From Chromatiales bacterium (GTDB taxonomy: Bacteria; Pseudomonadota; Gammaproteobacteria; Thiohalomonadales; Thiohalomonadaceae), in the NCBI GenBank assembly GCA_003251535.1, contig QKFD01000024.1, forward strand, positions 97,837 through 161,836: a stretch of DNA of 64,000 bases, written 5' to 3'. The notes below the pieces were generated by a model. That model saw nothing but the letters and a program-made list of their open reading frames with translations. It did not search any database and had not been told where the DNA came from. Position numbers and translations under genes: made by a program. Each line of letters begins with the position of its first letter. The first letter of the stretch is position 1. This document shows, one piece after another, positions 30,580-38,761 of this stretch.

Positions 30580-30804
30580 CAACCTGCCTTGGGCCGCGGG
30601 AGCGGCAACTGGATTGTGAGGAAGGGATGGCAACGCCCCGCACCGCAATGGGTCGGGTGGGGCGCTACACCACGGCAGCACCTGACAAATGGGAGACAAC
30701 GGAGTCCATTAGTATGTCGTAACATGCTTGGCAACCGCCTCCCCCACCGGCCACAGCGGGTGGGGGGTATCCATTGGAGTCAGTGAGTAGGGAGTGATTG
30801 TACG

Positions 30805-31371
30805 GTGAGTGACAAATATTTGGGTCCCAGCGTTCTCGCGCTCGCGGCCACTTTTGGCCTGAACCTGCTGATCCTCTACGGGGTAACAGGGAGCCTACTG
30901 CCACAACCAGCGCCTGTAGCGACCCAGCCGGGGCAGCTCGCCCCAGTCGGTCAGGCCACCCCAGACACCCCCGCGCCCCCGCCGGCCCCCGCCGCCCCAC
31001 CCCCCCCGGCCGCACCGCCGGAGGTGGCAACGGAGACGACCACGGCCCCCCCGGCTGAGGCCCCCCCGCCGCCGCCAGCGGCTGCGGAGGATAGCCCGCC
31101 CGCAGAGGTGGCAGCGGCCGCCCCCCGCAGCGGTGAGGAGGTCTACAACGGCGCCTGCATCGCCTGCCACGCCTCCGGGGCGGCAGGCGCGCCTATCGTG
31201 GGTGACCATACCGCCTGGGCGCCGCGTATCGCCAAGGGGATGGAGACACTGCTGCAACACGCCATCAACGGCTTTAACATCATGCCCCCTCGCGGGACCT
31301 GTGCCACCTGTAGTGATGCGGAGTTACAGGCCGCCATCGAGTACATGGTGGGCAAAAGTCAGGGGCCGTAA
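30805..31371 (+). CDS. Cytochrome c5-family monohaem c-type cytochrome with Pro/Ala-rich linker
   Basis: N-terminal membrane anchor, PAPA-rich linker, then CIACHASGAAGAPIVGD...GTCATCSD, matching the cytochrome c5 haem-binding and disulfide signature. Confidence 0.8.
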   Translation: MSDKYLGPSVLALAATFGLNLLILYGVTGSLLPQPAPVATQPGQLAPVGQATPDTPAPPPAPAAPPPPAAPPEVATETTTAPPAEAPPPPPAAAEDSPPAEVAAAAPRSGEEVYNGACIACHASGAAGAPIVGDHTAWAPRIAKGMETLLQHAINGFNIMPPRGTCATCSDAELQAAIEYMVGKSQGP

Positions 31372-31376
31372 CGGAC

Positions 31377-31420
31377 CCGCGCCCGTGCCGCAGTCACGGC
31401 ACGGGCGCGGACCCACCCAA
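31377..31420. terminator. Bidirectional terminator between convergent cyt c5 and SPFH genes
   Basis: Perfect 14-bp inverted repeat ccgcgcccgtgccg-cagtca-cggcacgggcgcgg. Confidence 0.55.
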
Positions 31421-31433
31421 CGGCAGCGTTAGC

Positions 31434-32567
31434 TCAAGGTAGGCTAGGTAGCCTTACCAGGTCCTTCAACACCCCCTCTAAGCCGGAGTGGACCGTCAGC
31501 TGGCCGATACGCTCGGTCACCCGCTCCAGCACCTCCAGCTCTTTCAAGCGCATCAAGGTGGGGTTGCCCTCCATCATCTTGGCGGTGTTGTGCAGCGAGC
31601 GGGTGGCCGCAGTCTCCTCGCGCCGCCGGATGAGATTGGCCTCTGCCGCCTTCTCCGCCTCCACCACCTGATTGAGGATCCCGCGCATCTCCCCCGGCAG
31701 GATGACATCCCGCACCCCAACGCTGCGGACCACCACCCCCATGCCGGCCAGACGCCGTACCACCCCGGCCTGGATCCCCTGATCCAGGCTATCTTTGTCT
31801 GCCAACAGCTCATCGAGCGTGCGGGTAGCCACCGCCTCGCGCAGCTCCAGTTGCAGCTCCCGATAGAGGAGATCGGCCACACTGGCCACCTGCTGTACCG
31901 CGGCCACCACATCGTCGATGCGGTAGATGGCGAGCAGATTGAGCCGTAGGCCCACCCGATCACGGGTGAGGATCTCCTGCCCATTCACCTCCATGGTCTG
32001 CCAGCGGGTATCCACCACCCGTACCGCCACCCGCTGGCGGGCGCTCCAAAAGCCGTAACTGCCCGGGGCGAGCTGATCCCGCAGCTCGCCGTTGACATAG
32101 AGCAGCCCCACCTGGTGCGCCTCTACCTCGGCACTGGTGAGCACGCAGGTGGCGGCCGGCAGCGCCCGCAGCTGCACCAGCCACTGGGGTGGGACCTGCA
32201 ACTGCTCGCTGATATCGATGGTCTCCACCCGCACCGGCTCCGGCGCCAGCCAGTAGAGGCGCACCCCACCAGGGGGGATCAGGTCGATGAGGTTCGCCCC
32301 CTGAAACACCAGCCCCACCTCATGATCCCCCAGCTGATACGCCGCCAGATGGGGGGCGATGAGCGCCGCATGGGTGGTCAACAGTAGCTTGCCCAGCGGG
32401 TGGTTCAACTCACGCCGGCTGATGTCGAACAGGGTGAAGGAGAGGCGCCCAAAGGGATCGCTCAGGCGATAGTCGCCCGGCCCCAACACCTGCACCAGAC
32501 GCCGACGCTGAAAGAGAAAGGCCCGCTCGTGATCGGCGACCTCTATATATTTCCAAGGACGATACAT
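31434..32567 (-). CDS. SPFH/band 7 (stomatin-prohibitin-flotillin-HflK/C) domain protein without obvious TM anchor
   Basis: The C-terminal half has an SPFH-like pattern (RDRVGLRLNLLAIYRIDDVVAAV...EAEKAAEANLIRRREETAA). Start chosen at MYRPWKYIEV with AAGG Shine-Dalgarno, giving 378 aa. The ORF extends to 32663. Confidence 0.6.
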   Translation of the reverse strand: MYRPWKYIEVADHERAFLFQRRRLVQVLGPGDYRLSDPFGRLSFTLFDISRRELNHPLGKLLLTTHAALIAPHLAAYQLGDHEVGLVFQGANLIDLIPPGGVRLYWLAPEPVRVETIDISEQLQVPPQWLVQLRALPAATCVLTSAEVEAHQVGLLYVNGELRDQLAPGSYGFWSARQRVAVRVVDTRWQTMEVNGQEILTRDRVGLRLNLLAIYRIDDVVAAVQQVASVADLLYRELQLELREAVATRTLDELLADKDSLDQGIQAGVVRRLAGMGVVVRSVGVRDVILPGEMRGILNQVVEAEKAAEANLIRRREETAATRSLHNTAKMMEGNPTLMRLKELEVLERVTERIGQLTVHSGLEGVLKDLVRLPSLP

Positions 32568-32773
32568 GGCTCTACCTTTTGCGGCGCGCCCCCACAGGGG
32601 GCTCCGCGCTGAATTCGAGATAGGGGCAGCCACCGCAACGACGGGGCCGACGACATGGAGCAACGCAGGTCAAACGCTAGAGATCGCCGAGCCGTAACCC
32701 ATGGCTACGCGCAGGACGACTTGGCGCTCTCCCGGCCCTGCCCCAGCGGCCGCCCGCAGCCACCGCCGCAGCG

Positions 32774-32815
32774 GCTACCCGGGGACAACGACACTACTTA
32801 AAGGGGACTCGAACC
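32774..32815 (-). ncRNA. Duplicated tRNA 3'-half (variable region plus T-arm plus acceptor-like tail) immediately 3' of the tRNA-like element
   Basis: Minus-strand sequence TTGGTAGCCCGTTAGGGTGGGGTTCGAGTCCCCTTTAAGTAG. It aligns to the 3' half of the adjacent element (TCGGTAGCC...GGTTCGAGTCCGGCCTTCAGTA). Confidence 0.4.
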
Positions 32816-32892
32816 CCACCCTAACGGGCTACCAAGGTACTGAAGGCCGGACTCGAACCGGCTACCGACTGACTGAGAAGGTCAGCTGCTCT
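32816..32892 (-). ncRNA. tRNA-like element (Arg-UCU-like cloverleaf with non-canonical features)
   Basis: Minus-strand sequence AATGAAG-TA-GCTC-ATTGGGTA-GAGC-AG-CTGAC-CTTCTCA-GTCAG-TCGGTA-GCCGG-TTCGAGT-CCGGC-CTTCAGT-A-CC. It has canonical D-arm (G18G19), T-arm (TTCGAGT) and U8/U33. It also has an extra nucleotide between the D and anticodon stems, C at position 37 and an A2-G71 mismatch. It is located 160 nt downstream of rtcA on the same strand. Confidence 0.5.
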
Positions 32893-33055
32893 ACCCAATG
32901 AGCTACTTCATTGGTGTCCGATGCCACACCACGTTGCCGGTACCTCCCACCCCAGCGGGGCGGAGACCAGGCCGGCCGTTGAACCGGCACCGCTGGCAGT
33001 AGTGGCGGCGACATCAAACTCTGTGGTCCGCCCCGGATCCCGGGACAGAAAATGC

Positions 33056-34147
33056 CTAACCAGCGCCCTCAACCGCGACGCTCCAGACGTCAGTCGCCTG
33101 CTGATCGAGGGTGATGGAACATCCGCTGAAGGCCCGGATCACCTCCAGATTACTGAGCAGGTGGCTACTCGGCCGCACCGTCCGGAAGGTACCACCCGCC
33201 CCTATTACCAACGGCACCAGGAGCTGATCGGCCAGATGCTCCTCCACCTCCACTCCGGCCGCTACTAGGCGCCGCCAGCTGGCCACCGCCAGGCTGGCCA
33301 CCTGCTCAGCGGCGATGCCGATGCGTCCCACCCGCTCGATCACCGTGGCGTGCTGGCGATGGTGCAGACGCAACGAGAGCACATTGCCTGGTCCGGCGGA
33401 GGTCACCACCTCGCTCCGACACCACTCCGACTGCCAATTACAGAGCGCCTGCACCCTCCCCAACTCCCGTTGGGCGATATGGCCGGCGAGCTGGGCGCTG
33501 GTCACCACCGCCTCGCGCCACGCCACCGCTTCCGGCTCCGCCAGCGCCAATGGCCGGCGTTCCCGCCACGGCTGCACCTGCACCTGTAGCTGGCCGCCAC
33601 CCGCCGGATAGAAGCCGTGCCGCTTCAACTCCAGCGTCACCTCGGCCCCCATCTGCCGCAGCAGCGGCAGGAATGAGAGGGCGATAAAGTCACTACTGGG
33701 GGCCATATCGTTGTGGGTCCCCCCCTCTAGCTCCAGGCTGGAGGGGGCCTCCGCCAACAGCAGTGCCGGCAGGATGGTCTGCAACAGCAGCATGGTGCTG
33801 CCGGCACTGCCGATGACAAAGCGATAACTGCCCGCCCGAATCGGCCCTGGCCGAAACTCCACGCAGCTGGAGCCGGCACTATCCCCTACCACCTTGGCAC
33901 CACAGATCGCCTGCGCGGCGCGCACACAGGCGAGGTGCTGGCGCATTAAACCCGGCTTCCGCCGACCGGCCCGGATCTGCTCGATCCGCACCGGCCGGCC
34001 GGTCACCATCGACAGTGACAGCGCGCTCCGCAGGAGCTGTCCGCCCCCCTCCCCGCGCGAGCCGTCTATCGTCAACATCGCTCTATCTCCCATGTTTTCA
34101 CTTGCCATCCGTACCTGTGACTGGACGGCCGTTAACCCTTCACACAC
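33056..34147 (-). CDS. rtcA: RNA 3'-terminal phosphate cyclase
   Basis: 363 aa. N-terminus LTIDGSRGEGGGQLLRSALSLSMVTGRPVRIEQIRAGRRKPGL is the RtcA signature. Overlaps rtcB by 16 nt. Confidence 0.85.
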   Translation of the reverse strand: MCEGLTAVQSQVRMASENMGDRAMLTIDGSRGEGGGQLLRSALSLSMVTGRPVRIEQIRAGRRKPGLMRQHLACVRAAQAICGAKVVGDSAGSSCVEFRPGPIRAGSYRFVIGSAGSTMLLLQTILPALLLAEAPSSLELEGGTHNDMAPSSDFIALSFLPLLRQMGAEVTLELKRHGFYPAGGGQLQVQVQPWRERRPLALAEPEAVAWREAVVTSAQLAGHIAQRELGRVQALCNWQSEWCRSEVVTSAGPGNVLSLRLHHRQHATVIERVGRIGIAAEQVASLAVASWRRLVAAGVEVEEHLADQLLVPLVIGAGGTFRTVRPSSHLLSNLEVIRAFSGCSITLDQQATDVWSVAVEGAG

Positions 34148-35337
34148 ACCACCTGCCGCAGGGTATGCACCACCTCCACCAGCGACGTCTGCGCCGCCAT
34201 CACCGCATCGATGGGTTTGTAGGCCGCCGGGGTCTCATCGATCACGCCGCTATCCTTACGGCACTCCACCCCAGCAGTGGCCGCAACATGCTCCTCCAGG
34301 GTGATACGCCGCTTCGCCTCGCTACGGGACATGGCCCGCCCCGCCCCATGGCTACAGCTATGGAAGCTCTCCTCATTCCCCAGGCCGCGGACAATGAAGG
34401 AGCGCTCCCCCATGCTGCCGGGGATGATCCCCAACTCGCCGTGCCGCGCCCGCACCGCCCCCTTACGGGTGATCCACACCGCCTTACCGTAGTGCTGCTC
34501 ACGGGTGACGTAGTTGTGGTGGCAGTTGATCGCCTCGACATGGGTCTGGAACGGGATCCCGAGGCTGGCGCGCACCGCCGCAATCACCCGCGCCATCATC
34601 ACCTCGCGGTTGATACGGGCGAACTCCTGCGCCCACCCCACCGCTGCCACATACTCACCAAACAGCTCACTCCCCTCCGGTAGGTAGGCGAGATTGCGAT
34701 CCGGCAGCTGGATCATCCAACGCTCCATCTCCCGCTGCGCGAGGGCGATGAAGTGGTTACCGATGCGGTTACCCACACCGCGGGAGCCACTATGCAGCAT
34801 GAACCACACCTGCTGCGCCTCATCCAGACAGACCTCGATGAAGTGGTTACCGCTCCCCAAGGTACCGAGGTGGTGGGCGTTATTGGTCTTGGTCAAGACC
34901 GGATGGCGCGCCTCCAGCTCTCGAAAACCAGGCGCCAACTGCTCACCCCAAGCGGCAGCGACATCGGCCGGCAACTCACTGTTCCAACCGGCCGACCCAT
35001 GGGGCACCGCCGCCTCAATGGCGGCACGCACCCCAGCCAGCTGGTCCGGCAGTTGGGCCGCGCTGAGGGAGCTTTTGACCGCCATCATGCCGCAACCGAT
35101 ATCCACCCCCACCGCGGCCGGGATCACCGCCCCTAGCGTTGGCACCACACTGCCAATGGTCGCCCCCTTACCCACATGCACATCGGGCATCGCCGCGACC
35201 CAGCGGTAGATAAACGGCAGTGAGGCGAGATGCCGCAACTGACGCCGTGCCTCCTCATCAAACGCCACCCCAACGGTCCACGACTTCACCGGTACCCCCG
35301 GGTGGTCGCTCATAACTTCATAACTCTGCCCATCCAT
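34132..35337 (-). CDS. rtcB: RNA-splicing ligase RtcB (3'-phosphate/5'-hydroxyl RNA ligase)
   Basis: Conserved MPDVHVGKGATIGSVVPT, GVDIGCGM and HNY/HGAGR motifs. Start chosen at MDGQSYEV (GAGG Shine-Dalgarno), giving 401 aa. The longer ORF runs to 35502. Confidence 0.85.
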   Translation of the reverse strand: MDGQSYEVMSDHPGVPVKSWTVGVAFDEEARRQLRHLASLPFIYRWVAAMPDVHVGKGATIGSVVPTLGAVIPAAVGVDIGCGMMAVKSSLSAAQLPDQLAGVRAAIEAAVPHGSAGWNSELPADVAAAWGEQLAPGFRELEARHPVLTKTNNAHHLGTLGSGNHFIEVCLDEAQQVWFMLHSGSRGVGNRIGNHFIALAQREMERWMIQLPDRNLAYLPEGSELFGEYVAAVGWAQEFARINREVMMARVIAAVRASLGIPFQTHVEAINCHHNYVTREQHYGKAVWITRKGAVRARHGELGIIPGSMGERSFIVRGLGNEESFHSCSHGAGRAMSRSEAKRRITLEEHVAATAGVECRKDSGVIDETPAAYKPIDAVMAAQTSLVEVVHTLRQVVCVKG

Positions 35338-35406
35338 CGCCTCGACCTCACTGCCTGATGACGTTTCGACCCGGCCCGCTAGCCGGGTCGCGCTCTGGTG
35401 ATTAGA

Positions 35407-35423
35407 TTGCAGAGGCCGTGCCA
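35407..35423 (-). promoter_or_regulatory. Sigma-54 (-24/-12) promoter for rtcBA
   Basis: Minus-strand TGGCACG-gcct-CTGCA with exact GG-N10-GC spacing, about 70 nt upstream of the rtcB ATG. It is divergent from rtcR, which encodes a sigma-54 activator. Confidence 0.6.
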
Positions 35424-35557
35424 ACCTGGAGGCGGAATTCATAAACCTAACAACACTTTGATATTTAAATCCTTTTATCCACCCCCTAGCGTCCCCTTGC
35501 ATGATCTGACCCGCAATGGAATTATCTATCTCGATAACTCATATCGAGAACCATAGA

Positions 35558-37171
35558 ATGAAGACCGTCGTTATTGGTCTGCTGGGGACGGTGCTCGACC
35601 AGCGCGGGCGCTCGGCCAAGCGGTGGGAGAAGTGGCGGCCCACCCTCTCCCTCTGTCAGCACGAGGATCTGCTGGTGGACCGGCTGGAGCTGCTCTGCCA
35701 GGAGCTGTTCCGGCCCTTGGCGGAGCAGCTAGTGGCCGATCTGCGCATCACCTCACCGGAGACCGAGGTGAGGATCCACGCGGTGGAGTTTGCCGATCCG
35801 TGGGACCTCGGGATGGTCTACGGCGCCCTGCACGACTTCGCCCGTGGCTATCCATTCGATCTCGATCAAGAGGAGTACCTGGTCCACATCACCACCGGCA
35901 CCCACATCGCCCAGATCTGCCTCTTTCTCCTGACCGAGGCGCGCTATCTACCCGCCCGCCTGATCCAGACCTCGCCCCCCAAGAAGCCCAACCACCAGCC
36001 CGGCAGCTATCAGATCATCGATCTCGATCTCTCCCGCTACGACGCCATCGCCGCCCGCTTCTCCCGCGAGCAGCGGGAGGGACGCGCCTACCTCAAGGGG
36101 GGCATCGAGACCCGCAATGAGGCGTTCAACCAGATGATCGCCCAGCTGGAGCAGATCTCCATCGCCTCCACCGATCCCATCCTGCTCACCGGCCCCACCG
36201 GCGCCGGCAAGTCGCAACTGGCGCGCCGCATCTTTGATCTGAAGCACTACCGCCAACAGGTGGCGGGACGGCTGGTGGAGGTGAACTGCGCCACCCTGCG
36301 GGGCGACAACGCCATGTCGGCGCTCTTTGGCCACCGCAAAGGGGCCTTCACCGGGGCGCTCAGCGCCCGCAGCGGTCTATTGAAGGAGGCGGATGGCGGG
36401 GTACTGTTTCTCGATGAGATCGGCGAGCTGGGGGGTGACGAGCAGGCGATGCTACTGCACGCCATCGAGGAGAAGCGCTTCCTGCCACTGGGGGGCGACA
36501 GCCAGAGCCGCAGCGACTTCCAACTCATCGCCGGCACCAACCGCGATCTACTGGCCGAGGTGCGCAGTGGCCGGTTTCGGGAGGACCTACTGGCGCGGAT
36601 CAACCTCTGGAGCTACCGCCTCCCCTCACTGCGGGAGCGGCTGGAGGACCTGGAGCCCAACCTCGACTACGAGCTGGAGCGGTTTGCCGAGCGCCGCCAC
36701 AGCCAAGTGGGCTTCAACCGGACGGCACGGGCGACCTACCTCCAGTTTGCCCTCAGCCCAGAGGCGAGCTGGCGGGCCAACTTCCGCGACCTCAACGCCA
36801 GCGTCACCCGCATGGCGACCCTCGCCCCCGGCGGGCGCATCACCCAGGAGGTGGTGACCCAAGAGATCGCCCGACTACGCCACAACTGGGGGGGCACCGA
36901 CACCCCATCGCAGGGCGATCCACGCGCCCTCACCGCCCCTCTGCTGGAGGCCGCCACCCACGCCCAACTCGACTACCTCGAACATGTAGAGCTGGCGGCC
37001 ATTGCCGAGGTGTGTCGCCAGACCGATAGCCTGGCCGAGGCGGGCAGACGCCTCTTTGATCGCTCCCGCGAGCGCAAACGCTCCAGCAACGATAGCCACC
37101 GCCTGCGCCAACGGCTGGCGCGCTACGGCGTGGAATTTGAACAGCTGCGCCGGGCGGCTAAGGGGGAGTAA
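35558..37171 (+). CDS. rtcR: Sigma-54-dependent transcriptional activator RtcR (CARF-AAA+-HTH)
   Basis: N-terminus MKTVVIGLLGTVLDQRGRSAKRWEKWRPTLSLCQ resembles the E. coli RtcR CARF domain. Central AAA+ sigma-54 interaction domain (GPTGAGKS...GAFTGA...). C-terminal HTH. An alternative start at 35516 is possible. Confidence 0.85.
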   Translation: MKTVVIGLLGTVLDQRGRSAKRWEKWRPTLSLCQHEDLLVDRLELLCQELFRPLAEQLVADLRITSPETEVRIHAVEFADPWDLGMVYGALHDFARGYPFDLDQEEYLVHITTGTHIAQICLFLLTEARYLPARLIQTSPPKKPNHQPGSYQIIDLDLSRYDAIAARFSREQREGRAYLKGGIETRNEAFNQMIAQLEQISIASTDPILLTGPTGAGKSQLARRIFDLKHYRQQVAGRLVEVNCATLRGDNAMSALFGHRKGAFTGALSARSGLLKEADGGVLFLDEIGELGGDEQAMLLHAIEEKRFLPLGGDSQSRSDFQLIAGTNRDLLAEVRSGRFREDLLARINLWSYRLPSLRERLEDLEPNLDYELERFAERRHSQVGFNRTARATYLQFALSPEASWRANFRDLNASVTRMATLAPGGRITQEVVTQEIARLRHNWGGTDTPSQGDPRALTAPLLEAATHAQLDYLEHVELAAIAEVCRQTDSLAEAGRRLFDRSRERKRSSNDSHRLRQRLARYGVEFEQLRRAAKGE

Positions 37172-37269
37172 CCGTCCGGGCCTGGCGGCCCGGCAAGGGT
37201 ATAACCGTCGCCACGATAGCTCCGATATCAACAGAGGTAGCCCACCCATACAGACCACTACCTAGAGCG

Positions 37270-38754
37270 CTAAGATCTCTTTCTCCCCCTCCCGGCTGCC
37301 GCTTTGGGGGCGCGATTGGCCAATATCTGCAACTGCGCCAACACCTCGGCCGCTGGCAGCAGCAGCCCTTCGCGTCTCTCCCAGTTACCGATGGTGGGTG
37401 GGGAGACACCAATCAACTGGGCAAACTGGCTCTTGTTGAGACCAAGGCGCTGCCGTAGTGCGGCAACGGCCTCCGCTGTGGGGATGAATGAACCTCTCCG
37501 CCCTGTCTGCGCGGTGGCAGAGGAGTGCGCCGTACCGCCACGTGTCTGCCGCAATGTTGTATTGGCTGGTTTCACAACGCTGGTGCGCTCCGCCACTGGC
37601 TGTGACCTCTTGGCGGATGCCTGCTTGGCCGTACTCGTGCGCGCCGTCACTGGCGTCGCCCTCTTGGCGGACGCCTGTTTGCTTGTGCGTGGCGCCGCGG
37701 GTGCCTCTCTCTTGGCGGATGCCTGCTTAACCGCACCCGTGCGCGCAGTTACCGGCTTCGAGGTCTTAGCCGACGCCTGCTTAACCGCACCCGTGCGCGC
37801 AGTTACCGGCTTCGAGGCCTTAGCCGACGCCTGCTTAGCCGCACCCGTGCGCGCGGTTACCGGCTTCGAGGTCTTAGCCGACGCCTGCTTAACGGTGCCG
37901 GTGGGTGTGGTTACCGGCTCCGATCTTTTGGCTGATGCCCGCTTGGCGGTGCCTGTGCGCGACGCCACTGGGGCGGATCTCTTGGCTGGCGCCCGCTTGC
38001 CACCAGCGGCGCCCGGCGGCGCCGACTCCGCTCCTGTACCAGTGCCCAGCTCCACGCCAAAGATCCCCGAGAGCTGGTCATTGGCCAGCCGGCGGCGGCC
38101 GCTACTGCTGGGGGTTGCGGGTAGCTTGAGATCGGCGGCGGCGATCAGCTCCCGGTGATCCACTCCGCGCAGTTTGAATAGCAGCTCCGGCTGCTCGTCG
38201 AGGCGGGCGCCAACGCCATACAGAACGGCGGCGAGGTGTTTACACATGTCGGCCCAATCGGGACAGCTACACTCCATCTCGATCTCACTCGGCGAGGGGA
38301 ATAGGCCATGTTCTCGATGGGTAACGACCTCCATCACATGGTTGGAGAGCTTGCCTTGCAGTAGTTCAAGCATGGAGCCCACCTCGCCACTGCACGCCTT
38401 GCGCAGCTGCTTCCACTTGGTCGCCGAGAGCGGTTTGATGGTAATGGCGATCTCATAGAGTTCCGAGCCGCTCACTATCGCTTCGATCCGGCCCGGCTGG
38501 ATCTCAAGGTGGCACACCGAGCCGTTGCGCACGTAGGTACGCCCCCGCGGCAACCGGTTGGCATAGTCGCTGAATTTCTCCAGATGGTCGCACCACGCCT
38601 TGCCCCAGAAGGTGTGGACGATGGTGCGTCCACTGATCTCCACCGGGGTGATGAGACGCCCCTGTCTAGCCAGCTGCTGCATCTTGCGTTGGGCATTCGC
38701 ACGCCGCTTATGAACCGGAACGTAGGGTCTCCAACCACGGAAGGACATAGGCAA
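37270..38754 (-). CDS. SWIM zinc-finger protein with Lys/Ala/Ser-rich histone-H1-like tandem repeats and C-terminal XRE-type HTH
   Basis: N-terminal SWIM pattern (CSCPDWADMCKHLAAVLY). Central eight 18-aa repeats (AKxSKPVTARTGAVKQAS). C-terminal HTH (LGLNKSQFAQLIGVSPPTIGNWERREG). Starts 8 nt after the SNF2 helicase gene stop. Confidence 0.6.
   Translation of the reverse strand: MPMSFRGWRPYVPVHKRRANAQRKMQQLARQGRLITPVEISGRTIVHTFWGKAWCDHLEKFSDYANRLPRGRTYVRNGSVCHLEIQPGRIEAIVSGSELYEIAITIKPLSATKWKQLRKACSGEVGSMLELLQGKLSNHVMEVVTHREHGLFPSPSEIEMECSCPDWADMCKHLAAVLYGVGARLDEQPELLFKLRGVDHRELIAAADLKLPATPSSSGRRRLANDQLSGIFGVELGTGTGAESAPPGAAGGKRAPAKRSAPVASRTGTAKRASAKRSEPVTTPTGTVKQASAKTSKPVTARTGAAKQASAKASKPVTARTGAVKQASAKTSKPVTARTGAVKQASAKREAPAAPRTSKQASAKRATPVTARTSTAKQASAKRSQPVAERTSVVKPANTTLRQTRGGTAHSSATAQTGRRGSFIPTAEAVAALRQRLGLNKSQFAQLIGVSPPTIGNWERREGLLLPAAEVLAQLQILANRAPKAAAGRGRKRS
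37610..37981. repeat. Tandem 54-bp (one 48-bp) direct repeats, about 7 copies, within the SWIM gene
   Basis: Near-identical units cttagccgacgcctgcttaaccgcacccgtgcgcgcagttaccggcttcgaggt at 37712, 37766 and 37820, with degenerate flanking copies. They encode the 18-aa K/A-rich repeat. Confidence 0.8.
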
Positions 38755-38761
38755 TCTCCGC

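Noticed and set aside
32774-32815. Second T-arm-containing segment considered as an independent full tRNA gene
   Set aside because: No D-arm, anticodon arm or complementary 5' acceptor strand can be found upstream of it. It aligns only to the 3' half of the neighbouring element, so it is treated as a partial duplicate rather than a tRNA.
34132-35502. Full-length 456-aa ORF as RtcB
   Set aside because: Homology to RtcB begins about 55 codons downstream. The internal ATG at 35337 has a GAGG Shine-Dalgarno, and the extended N-terminus would overlap the sigma-54 promoter.
35623-36120. 165-aa ORF within rtcR in another frame
   Set aside because: It overlaps the RtcR AAA+ domain reading frame, which has clear homology.
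37560-37990. Possible CRISPR array (regular repeats)
   Set aside because: The repeats are contiguous with no unique spacers. They lie in-frame inside a protein-coding gene and encode a periodic peptide.
37304-38158. 284-aa plus-strand ORF with its own repeat
   Set aside because: It is the antisense reading of the 54-bp tandem repeats in the SWIM gene. The minus-strand frame gives a coherent SWIM-repeat-HTH protein with a start and Shine-Dalgarno sequence.
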